DNA of 64,000 nt from Burkholderiales bacterium. GTDB taxonomy: Bacteria; Pseudomonadota; Gammaproteobacteria; Burkholderiales; Burkholderiaceae_C. Of this stretch, positions 19,810 to 27,188 are shown one piece after another. The DNA is taken from contig RXJQ01000004.1 in assembly GCA_003963115.1 (NCBI GenBank), positions 111,511-175,510 on the forward strand, in the 5' to 3' direction. Each line of letters starts with the position of its first letter. The first letter of the stretch is position 1. A program made the position numbers and the translations under genes. The notes under the pieces were generated by a model. The model searched no databases and was not told the DNA's origin. It worked only from the letters and a program-made list of their open reading frames with translations.

Positions 19810-19836
19810 GAAAGCGGCTTGGTCAGGGAGACGGGT

Positions 19837-20877
19837 TCAAAGGGACTGGAGCAGCGCGGCCGGGTTGGCCGCATCACGGGCTGATGATGCCAGTTGCTTG
19901 ACGGCGCGCCACAGGCGTTGGCCCAGTCCTGCGGCGGGTGCCGGTGTCAGCGTCACGGCGTGCCGCTCGCCGCACAGGGTGAGCCGGATGGGCTCGCCGC
20001 CATCCAATGCCGCATGGATTTGCGGGAACAAGGTGGTGTCCAGATGAGACCAGGCATCGAGCCACAAGGGCATGTCGTCGGCGAGCATGGGCGCGCGCAG
20101 GTCATCGATCAGCTGGATGTGGTCTGGGAGGGCTGTGCGCGCAGGCACGGCGCCGCAGCCGCTCAGCCAGAAGGAGTTGACCGTGGCCAGGCCTGCCGCC
20201 TCGCGGGCGTCATTGACCGGGTGCTGGTAGAGCAGCATCTGCACCTCGCTTTGCAGGCGCCGCACCATGCGGGCCTGGGGGTGCTCAGTCAGCCAGAGGT
20301 CGGGGTTGCGGCCGATCACGCGGTCCAGCGAGGCTGTGGGCAAGCCTTCAAGCGAAGGGTGCGTGGCATACCAGCGCTGCGGCGTGCCCCAGCTCAGGGT
20401 CCAGCCATCTTCGGTGAACAGGGGGGCAATGGCCTCGAAAAGGGTGCGGGATTCGGCTTCGCTCAGGCCCAGCTTGGCGGGGTCGAGCAAGGTGAGGTGG
20501 TCGCGGCCCATCAGCCAGTGCCCGGGGCTGAGCAGGCCCCAGGGCTGAGGCTCGCTTTGATCTGAGTTCGGCGCTGAATGGAGTGCGATACCGTCCTGCG
20601 CCGCCCACCAGGCTGCCCAGGGCATCAGGCCATCCTGCGTGGGCCAGCCCATGCTGGCGGCCAGCACGCGCTCATGCGGCATGGAGAGGGCGTACTCGTC
20701 GCCCTCCAGCCGCTCGGCTTCCAGCAGGCGGCCAAGCAGGTGGCTGAAATGGGGCAGGGCCTGGGCAGCGGCCAGACGAGGCAGGGCGTGCTGGCAGGGC
20801 TCCGACAGGCTGGAGGCAAAGGGCAGCACCCAGTGGCGCCCATGGCGGGCCGGGTGTGCGGTCACTTGATCTGGCAT
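19837..20877 (-). CDS. Conserved hypothetical protein
   Basis: 346-aa ORF with high-GC third positions, 27 nt upstream of recJ on the same strand. I recognise no family. Confidence 0.6.
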   Translation of the reverse strand: MPDQVTAHPARHGRHWVLPFASSLSEPCQHALPRLAAAQALPHFSHLLGRLLEAERLEGDEYALSMPHERVLAASMGWPTQDGLMPWAAWWAAQDGIALHSAPNSDQSEPQPWGLLSPGHWLMGRDHLTLLDPAKLGLSEAESRTLFEAIAPLFTEDGWTLSWGTPQRWYATHPSLEGLPTASLDRVIGRNPDLWLTEHPQARMVRRLQSEVQMLLYQHPVNDAREAAGLATVNSFWLSGCGAVPARTALPDHIQLIDDLRAPMLADDMPLWLDAWSHLDTTLFPQIHAALDGGEPIRLTLCGERHAVTLTPAPAAGLGQRLWRAVKQLASSARDAANPAALLQSL

Positions 20878-20912
20878 AGGGCGTGATTATCAAGTGGGTA
20901 CACTTGCGCATC

Positions 20913-22166
20913 ATGAATTTGCCCTTCGAATGGCGGGTCGGGTGGCGTTACACCCGGGCCAGCCGCACCGCGCGCCGCAACGGCTTCATTTCTTTCATTT
21001 CGGGGGTGTCCGTGCTGGGCATCTCGCTGGGTGTGGCGGCCCTGATCATCGTGCTGTCGGTCATGAACGGCTTCCAGAAGGAAGTGCGCGACCGCATGCT
21101 GTCGGTGGTGGCACACGTGGAGCTGTACGACGCCCGCGGCGGGGCCTTGCCCGATTGGCATGTGCTGGCCAATCAGGCGCGGCGCAATCCCCAAGTGATG
21201 GGCGCGGCGCCTTTCTTGCCGGCGCAGGCCCTGATCGCCCGAGGCGATGACATGCGCGGGGCTCTGGTGCGCGGCATCGTGCCCTCCGAAGAAGTGGCGG
21301 TGACCCCACTGGCCGCGAGCATGAAAGACACCTTCGCGCGTTTGCAACCGGGCGGCTGGGGCGTGATCATCGGTGTCGAGATGGCGCGTAGCCTGGCTGT
21401 GAACGAGGGCGACATGCTCACCGTGGTGGCCCCCAGCGGCGACATGACACCGGCCGGCGTGGTGCCGCGCCTCAAGCAGGTCAAGGTGGTGGGCATCTTC
21501 AATGCCGGCCACTATGAGTACGACAGCAGCCTGGTGCTGATGCATGCCGATGACGCAGCCAAGCTGTTCCGCACAGGCGGGGTGACGGGCGTCCAACTCA
21601 AGCTCAAGGACGCCCAACTGGCCCGCAGCGTGGGCAACGAGCTGGCCGATTCGCTTGGGCCCGACGTGATCGTGCGCGACTGGACGCGCACCAACCGCAA
21701 CTGGTTCGACGCCGTGCAGGTGGAAAAGCGCATGATGTTCATCATCCTGACCCTGATCGTGGCCGTGGCGGCCTTCAACCTCGTGTCGACCCTGGTGATG
21801 ACCGTGACCGACAAGCGCGCCGACATCGCCATCCTGCGCACGCTGGGCGCCAGTCCACGTTCCATCATGGCGATCTTCATGGTGCAGGGGGCGCTGTCAG
21901 GTGTCCTGGGCACGCTCAGCGGGCTGGGCCTGGGGCTGCTTGTGGCCTTCAACCTCGACGTCATCGTGCCCTTCATCGAGCACCTGCTGGGCGTGAGCTT
22001 CCTGCCCGGCAGCATCTACCTGATCTCCAAGATGCCCTCCGACCCGCAGTGGGGCGACATCGTGCCCATTGCTGTGATCTCGCTGGTGCTGTCGCTGGCC
22101 GCGACGCTCTACCCAAGCTGGCGCGCCAGCCGCGTCCAACCTGCCGAGGCCCTGCGCTATGAGTGA
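20913..22166 (+). CDS. lolC: Lipoprotein-releasing system permease LolC/E family
   Basis: N terminus FEWRVGWRYTRA...FISFISGVSVLGISLGVAALIIVLSVMNGF, MacB-like periplasmic domain, C-terminal FtsX 3-TM region. Confidence 0.88.
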   Translation: MNLPFEWRVGWRYTRASRTARRNGFISFISGVSVLGISLGVAALIIVLSVMNGFQKEVRDRMLSVVAHVELYDARGGALPDWHVLANQARRNPQVMGAAPFLPAQALIARGDDMRGALVRGIVPSEEVAVTPLAASMKDTFARLQPGGWGVIIGVEMARSLAVNEGDMLTVVAPSGDMTPAGVVPRLKQVKVVGIFNAGHYEYDSSLVLMHADDAAKLFRTGGVTGVQLKLKDAQLARSVGNELADSLGPDVIVRDWTRTNRNWFDAVQVEKRMMFIILTLIVAVAAFNLVSTLVMTVTDKRADIAILRTLGASPRSIMAIFMVQGALSGVLGTLSGLGLGLLVAFNLDVIVPFIEHLLGVSFLPGSIYLISKMPSDPQWGDIVPIAVISLVLSLAATLYPSWRASRVQPAEALRYE

Positions 22167-22932
22167 GCTGCTGCGCGCCCAGGATCGACCTCTGCGGGTG
22201 CGCAAGGTGCACTCGCTGCGGACTTTCCTGTGGCTGGCGCAAGGCTGGAGCGACTTCATGGAATCGCCGCTGGTTGGCCTCCTGCATGGCCTGGTGATGG
22301 GCGTGTTCGGCGGCGGGCTGCTGCTGGTGGCCTGGGACCATTTCTGGGTGCTGGCCGGGGCCTTGTCGGGCTTCCTGATGGTTGCCCCCATTTTGTCGAC
22401 GGGGCTGTACGCCGTGAGCCGGGCGCTGCTGCGCGGTGAGCCGGCGGGTTTTGAGGCCGTATGGGCCGTGTGGTCGTCCATGGACAGGCGCCTGGTCAAG
22501 TTCGGCCTGTTGCTGACGATGCTGGGCACCGGCTGGGTGATGACTTCGGCGGCCCTGATCACCTTGGGCATCAAGCCGCCCGTCACCACGCCCACGGATT
22601 TCCTGCACCGCGTGGTGCTGGCGCCCAACCCCGGCTTCTTCGAGATCTGGCTGCTCGTCGGCGGCGCGATGGCCGCGCCCGTGTTCGCTTCCAGCGTGGT
22701 GGCCATTCCCCTGCTGGTGGACCGCAAGGTCAGCGTGCAATGCGCCGTGCTCACGAGCTGGCGGGCCGTGGCGGCCAACCCCATCTGCCTGAGCACCTGG
22801 GCGGCGATCGTGATGTCGCTGAGCCTGCTGGGGCTGGGCACCCTCATGTTCGGTCTGATCCTGGTATTCCCCGTGCTGGGCCATGCCACCTGGCATGCCT
22901 ATCGGGACCTGGTGGTCCGGGAAACGGTTTGA
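22159..22932 (+). CDS. Polytopic membrane protein, DUF2189-like
   Basis: 257 aa with about 5-6 TM segments. The ATG overlaps the lolC stop by 8 nt. The family assignment is from memory of DUF2189-type proteins. Confidence 0.6.
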   Translation: MSELLRAQDRPLRVRKVHSLRTFLWLAQGWSDFMESPLVGLLHGLVMGVFGGGLLLVAWDHFWVLAGALSGFLMVAPILSTGLYAVSRALLRGEPAGFEAVWAVWSSMDRRLVKFGLLLTMLGTGWVMTSAALITLGIKPPVTTPTDFLHRVVLAPNPGFFEIWLLVGGAMAAPVFASSVVAIPLLVDRKVSVQCAVLTSWRAVAANPICLSTWAAIVMSLSLLGLGTLMFGLILVFPVLGHATWHAYRDLVVRETV

Positions 22933-22935
22933 GCT

Positions 22936-23145
22936 ATGTTTGGCCTGAGCGAGGAGCAGATCGCCCAATGGGGGCTGACCTTCGGTGTGGGGGGCTTCAT
23001 CCTCTACATGGTTTTCATCATCCTGCAGCTGGCGCGCGAGTCCAAGGCGGGCAAGTTCGGCACCTTCATGCTCTTTCTGGTGCTGGGCTTTGGCATCCTC
23101 GGCTTCATCGCCAAGAACATCCTCATCTGGCTGCTCCACATTTGA
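22936..23145 (+). CDS. Small 2-TM membrane protein, DUF2788-like
   Basis: 69 aa with two hydrophobic helices. Starts 3 nt after the preceding stop. Confidence 0.55.
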   Translation: MFGLSEEQIAQWGLTFGVGGFILYMVFIILQLARESKAGKFGTFMLFLVLGFGILGFIAKNILIWLLHI

Positions 23146-23163
23146 TTGCGATGGCATATCCGC

Positions 23164-23865
23164 ATGTCTGACACCCTGATTCTCGAAGCCCACGGCCTGG
23201 TCAAGCGTTTTCACGAAGGCCCGCTGGACGTGACCATCCTGCAAGGCGTGGACATGGCCGTCGAGCGCGGCCAGACCGTGGCGGTGGTGGGTGCCTCCGG
23301 TTCTGGCAAGAGCACGCTGTTGCATCTGCTGGGTGGGCTGGATGCGCCCACCAGTGGCCGCGTGAAGCTCATGGGTCGTGACCTGAGTGAGATGAGCCCG
23401 GCGCAGCAGGGCGCCTGGCGCAACCAGCACCTGGGCTTCATCTACCAGTTCCACCACCTGCTGCCCGAGTTCACCGCGCTGGACAACGTGGCCATGCCCT
23501 TGATGATCCGCCGCATGCCGCGCGAGCAGGCCCGTGAACAGGCGCGCCAGTGGCTGGACCAGGTCGGCTTGAGCAAGCGCGTCGAGCACCGCCCGGCCGA
23601 GCTCTCGGGCGGCGAGCGCCAGCGTGTGGCCGTGGCCCGCGCACTGGTCACGCGGCCGGCCTGCGTGCTGGCCGACGAGCCCACCGGCAACCTCGACCGC
23701 CATACCGCCAACACCGTGTTCGAGCTGATGATGCAACTGGCGTCTGACCAGGGTACGTCGCTGGTCATGGTCACGCACGATGCCAGCCTGGCCGCGCGCT
23801 GCAATGTGCAGCACCACCTGGTCAACGGTCACTTCGAAGACCGCACAGACCACGCGGTGGCCTGA
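23164..23865 (+). CDS. lolD: Lipoprotein-releasing system ATP-binding protein LolD
   Basis: Walker [25 protein letters not shown], Walker [12 protein letters not shown]. Family-typical [18 protein letters not shown]. Confidence 0.9.
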   Translation: MSDTLILEAHGLVKRFHEGPLDVTILQGVDMAVERGQTVAVVGASGSGKSTLLHLLGGLDAPTSGRVKLMGRDLSEMSPAQQGAWRNQHLGFIYQFHHLLPEFTALDNVAMPLMIRRMPREQAREQARQWLDQVGLSKRVEHRPAELSGGERQRVAVARALVTRPACVLADEPTGNLDRHTANTVFELMMQLASDQGTSLVMVTHDASLAARCNVQHHLVNGHFEDRTDHAVA

Positions 23866-23885
23866 TCGCAAAGAGGGCGCGCACC

Positions 23886-24743
23886 ATGTGGCTGGACACC
23901 CACTGTCACCTGGACGCCGCCGAGTTCGACGCAGACCGCGCCCTCATGATCCAGCGGGCCCATGAGGCTGGCGTCGGGCTCATGGTGGTGCCTGCCGTAT
24001 CGACACAGACTTTCGCATCGTCGCGGGATGCGGCCAGGCAATGCGGTGGTGCCTATGCGCTGGGCATCCACCCGCTGTACGTGCGTGTCTCGCCAGCGCA
24101 GGAGGCCTTGGCCGACCTGGCTCGCACCTTGGCTCAATGGCAGGGCGACGAACGCCTCGTGGCCGTCGGCGAGATCGGGCTGGATCACTTCGTGCCTGAA
24201 CTGCAGGACGAAGACAGCAAGGCCCTGCAGGAGCGACTCTACGCCGCGCAGCTTGACCTGGCCGTGATGCATGCCCTGCCCGTGATCCTGCATGTGCGGC
24301 GCAGTGCCGACGGGCTGCTCAAGCACCTGCGGCGCCTGCGTGACGCGGGGCGTCCTGTGGCTGGTGGCATCGCGCACGCCTTCAATGGCAGCGAACAACA
24401 GGCCCAGGCCTTTCTGGACTTGGGCTTCAAGCTCGGCTTTGGCGGCGCCATGACCTTCGATCGGGCCTTGCAGATCCGTCGTTTGGCTGCCAGCTTGCCC
24501 GATGACGCCATCGTGCTCGAGACCGATGCGCCCGATATCCCGCCGCACTGGCTCTACCAGACGGCGCAGGCTCGAGCTCAGGGTGCTCGCAGTCGCAATG
24601 AGCCGGCCGAGTTGCCGCGCATCGCCCAGACCCTGGCCGAGCTGCGCGGCTGGACCTTGCAGCAAACCATGGACCGCACGACGGCCAATGCCTTGTCGGC
24701 CCTGCCGCGCTTGCAAGCCTTGCTGCCGGCTATCGACCCATGA
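23886..24743 (+). CDS. TatD-family metal-dependent hydrolase/DNase
   Basis: WLDTHCHLD N-terminal HxH motif, GEIGLD, ILHVR and HAFNGS motifs. Confidence 0.85.
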   Translation: MWLDTHCHLDAAEFDADRALMIQRAHEAGVGLMVVPAVSTQTFASSRDAARQCGGAYALGIHPLYVRVSPAQEALADLARTLAQWQGDERLVAVGEIGLDHFVPELQDEDSKALQERLYAAQLDLAVMHALPVILHVRRSADGLLKHLRRLRDAGRPVAGGIAHAFNGSEQQAQAFLDLGFKLGFGGAMTFDRALQIRRLAASLPDDAIVLETDAPDIPPHWLYQTAQARAQGARSRNEPAELPRIAQTLAELRGWTLQQTMDRTTANALSALPRLQALLPAIDP

Positions 24744-25110
24744 GCCGCCCCAGCCAGGGCAGAAGCTGATCCACAACAAAGGCCAGGCCCACACCCAAGG
24801 CCGCCACGCTGGCGATCAGCACGGCGCCGGCGGCCACATCCTTGGTCAGCTTGATGGCGGGATGCCGCTGCGGGTGCAGGTGATCGGCCAGTGCTTCGAT
24901 GGCCGTGTTGAGCAGCTCGAACGCGATCACCAGGGCCACGGTCAGCGCCATCACAGCCCACCAGAGCGCTGGGGCCTTTGTCAGGCACAACACGATCAGC
25001 ACGCCGACGCAGGCCAGCGCATGTATGCGCAAGCTCTTTTCCATGCGCCAGGCCGCACGCAGGCCCGCCCAGGCAAAGCCCAGCCGCTCAGCAAAACGAT
25101 GGCCTTTCAC
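24730..25110 (-). CDS. dgkA: Diacylglycerol kinase DgkA
   Basis: About 126 aa with 3 TM segments and ELLNTAIEALADH, KDVAAGAV motifs. GTG 25110 is preceded by GGGAGG and overlaps the PAP2 stop (GTGA). Confidence 0.8.
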   Translation of the reverse strand: MKGHRFAERLGFAWAGLRAAWRMEKSLRIHALACVGVLIVLCLTKAPALWWAVMALTVALVIAFELLNTAIEALADHLHPQRHPAIKLTKDVAAGAVLIASVAALGVGLAFVVDQLLPWLGRLMGR

Positions 25111-25796
25111 TGGCTGTCCTCCCGCCCCAGCTTGAGCTTGTGCGCCAGCAACCAGCACAGCAGAGCCCAGGCGGTGCCGGCCGTCCAACCTGCCACGACA
25201 TCCGAGGCCCAGTGCACCCCCAGGTAGATGCGCGACAGCCCGACCAGGCCCGTGAGCACAATGGCCGCGACCATGACGTAGACGCGCAGGCGCAGGCGGG
25301 GCGCCAGTCTGGCGACCAGGGCGCCCAAGGTGAGGTAGACCACCGCCGACATCATCGCGTGGCCACTGGGGAAGCTGTAGCCCGAGGCCACCGTGGCGTG
25401 GAACACGGCATCAGGCCGGGCGCGCGAAAACAGGGCCTTGAGGATCATGGCCACGAGCACGCCGCCACCCGTGGAACCCAAGGCCAGCCAGGACATGGCC
25501 CACTGGCGCGCCATCAACAAGTAGCCCCATGCGGCCCCGACCATCAGAACCAGCACCGCAGGGCTGCCCAGTGCGGTGAGGTCACGCATGGCCTCCTGAA
25601 ACCAGGTCGGCCCGATGGGCTGGAGCTGCTGTTCGCCATGGCGCAAGAGCTGCAGGATCCAGAGGTCCAGGGCGCGGGTGTCGCCCTCCAGCACTTCACC
25701 CGTCACCTTCAGAAAGGCCCATGCCGCCACACACATCAGCAGTGCAGGCCAGAGCAGGCGAATTTCGAAGCTGGGTCGTGTGGTTGGCATGTTCAC
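25107..25796 (-). CDS. PAP2-family membrane phosphatase
   Basis: All three acid-phosphatase motifs are present: KALFSRARP, PSGH, SRIYLGVHWASD. Confidence 0.85.
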   Translation of the reverse strand: MNMPTTRPSFEIRLLWPALLMCVAAWAFLKVTGEVLEGDTRALDLWILQLLRHGEQQLQPIGPTWFQEAMRDLTALGSPAVLVLMVGAAWGYLLMARQWAMSWLALGSTGGGVLVAMILKALFSRARPDAVFHATVASGYSFPSGHAMMSAVVYLTLGALVARLAPRLRLRVYVMVAAIVLTGLVGLSRIYLGVHWASDVVAGWTAGTAWALLCWLLAHKLKLGREDSQ

Positions 25797-25805
25797 CGGA
25801 TGGGC

Positions 25806-26375
25806 TCAGCCTGCGGGCGTGCCGGTCAGACCGAATCGGGCAAACACCTCGCGCCAGGCCACCAGCTTGCGCTCGAACGACCACGAGGCATTGGCCGGGC
25901 TCGTGGACGGCAGCTTGAACACGGGTAAGCCCAAGGCCTGGGTGACCTTCATGTGGCGCGCCGATTCACCGCCATTGTGGGCAATGGCCTGCAAGCTGGG
26001 GATGCGCTGGATCAAGCCGGCCAGGTCATTGAGTTCAGCCCGCTCGATGGCGCTGTCCAGGCTGCCTTCACGCTCGCAGCCTGCGTACACATCCCAGATG
26101 GCCAGGCCATGCGCGTGGACGATGGGCAGGCGCTCGGCATAGGGCAGGGCCGTCAAGGCCTGCTCCCCCTCCAGCTTCCACAGCGCCGACACGATCGGCC
26201 AGAAATGGTTGCGTGGGTGGGCGTAATACTGCTGAGCCTGCAAGGAGGCCACGCTGGGGAAGCTGCCCAACACCAGCAGCCGCGCACCGCTTGCAGCGAC
26301 AGGTGCCAGCCCCGTCAGCCGGGCCGCTGGGGCAGGCGTGGGGCTTCGCAGAGCGGAGGACGAGGGCCGGACCAT
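25806..26375 (-). CDS. UDG-superfamily DNA glycosylase (hypoxanthine/deoxyinosine-DNA glycosylase-like)
   Basis: 189-aa portion of a longer shadow-extended ORF. Motifs LVLGSFPS and YYAHPRNHFW. Start ATG 26375 chosen at the family-typical length. Confidence 0.7.
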   Translation of the reverse strand: MVRPSSSALRSPTPAPAARLTGLAPVAASGARLLVLGSFPSVASLQAQQYYAHPRNHFWPIVSALWKLEGEQALTALPYAERLPIVHAHGLAIWDVYAGCEREGSLDSAIERAELNDLAGLIQRIPSLQAIAHNGGESARHMKVTQALGLPVFKLPSTSPANASWSFERKLVAWREVFARFGLTGTPAG

Positions 26376-26402
26376 GAACGCGACTGTGCCACACTCGCGG
26401 GC

Positions 26403-27188
26403 GTGAAACGCAGCAAAGCAGTCCCTCTTCCCGCGCTCCCCGACGCCACCATTTCCGAAGAAGGGGGCCTTCGTTACCTGCACCTTGAGACGCCCTGGAT
26501 CCAGGGCGCCATGCGTATCCGCCAGCCTCACAAGCTTGAACTCGACTACATCCAGCGCATGATGGCCTGGATGCTCCTGCGTGACCCCGCCGAGCTGGCC
26601 AACACCCGCTGCCTGCAACTGGGCCTGGGCGCGGCGGCCATCACCAAGTACTGCCACAGCGTGCTGCGCCTGCCGACCACGGCGGTCGAGATCAACCCGC
26701 AGGTGATCGCGGCCTGCCGCAACTGGTTCCACCTGCCGCAGGACGACGAGCGCCTGCACGTCGTCCTCGGCGACGCGGCCAAGTACGTGGCGGCCGATGC
26801 CCACGTGGCCAGCGCCGACGCCCTTTGCGTCGACCTGTACGACCATGACGCAGCCAGCCCCGTGCTGGACGATGAAGCCTTCTACCGTGCCTGCTGGCGC
26901 GTGCTGGACGACGGCGGCATCATGAGCGTGAACCTGTTCGGCCGCGACGCCAGCTTCGAGCGCAGCGCCTCGCGCATCGGTGCGGCTTTCGGCGAGGGCC
27001 GGGTGGCCATGCTCAAGCCCACCACCGAGGGCAACACCATCGTGCTGGCCTGGAAGGGATTCGACATGCCCGAGCGTGAAGTGCTGGCGCAACGTGCCGA
27101 AACTTTACAGACCCGCTTCTCGCTTCCCGCGCGAAAATGGGTCAAGCTTTTGTCCACCTTCACGCCCAGCGCGTTCAGCCCGACATGA
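26403..27188 (+). CDS. Spermidine-synthase-like SAM-dependent methyltransferase-fold protein
   Basis: CLQLGLGAAAITKY (GxGxG), AVEINP and VDLYD motifs. The start is uncertain (GTG 26403 proposed). The stop overlaps the next ATG (ATGA). Confidence 0.68.
   Translation: MKRSKAVPLPALPDATISEEGGLRYLHLETPWIQGAMRIRQPHKLELDYIQRMMAWMLLRDPAELANTRCLQLGLGAAAITKYCHSVLRLPTTAVEINPQVIAACRNWFHLPQDDERLHVVLGDAAKYVAADAHVASADALCVDLYDHDAASPVLDDEAFYRACWRVLDDGGIMSVNLFGRDASFERSASRIGAAFGEGRVAMLKPTTEGNTIVLAWKGFDMPEREVLAQRAETLQTRFSLPARKWVKLLSTFTPSAFSPT

Noticed and set aside
21973-23871. Very long antisense or alternative-frame ORFs. Examples: 21973-23871 (632 aa), 50351-52087 (578 aa), 56662-58392 (576 aa), 4587-5870, 1773-2900, 43706-45325, 41158-42465 and 9784-10956.
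   Set aside because: They lie opposite or out of frame to genes with unmistakable family motifs (lolCD, clpB, fumA and others). Their translations are Arg/Ala/Gly/His-rich low-complexity strings, typical of stop-codon-poor shadow frames in high-GC DNA.
25806-27092. A 428-aa ORF on the minus strand and a 411-aa ORF on the plus strand (25953-27188), taken at face value.
   Set aside because: Only the 3' 189 aa of the minus ORF resembles a UDG-family glycosylase. Only the 3' ~260 aa of the plus ORF resembles a spermidine-synthase-like protein. The remainders are mutual shadow extensions, so both were trimmed to plausible starts.
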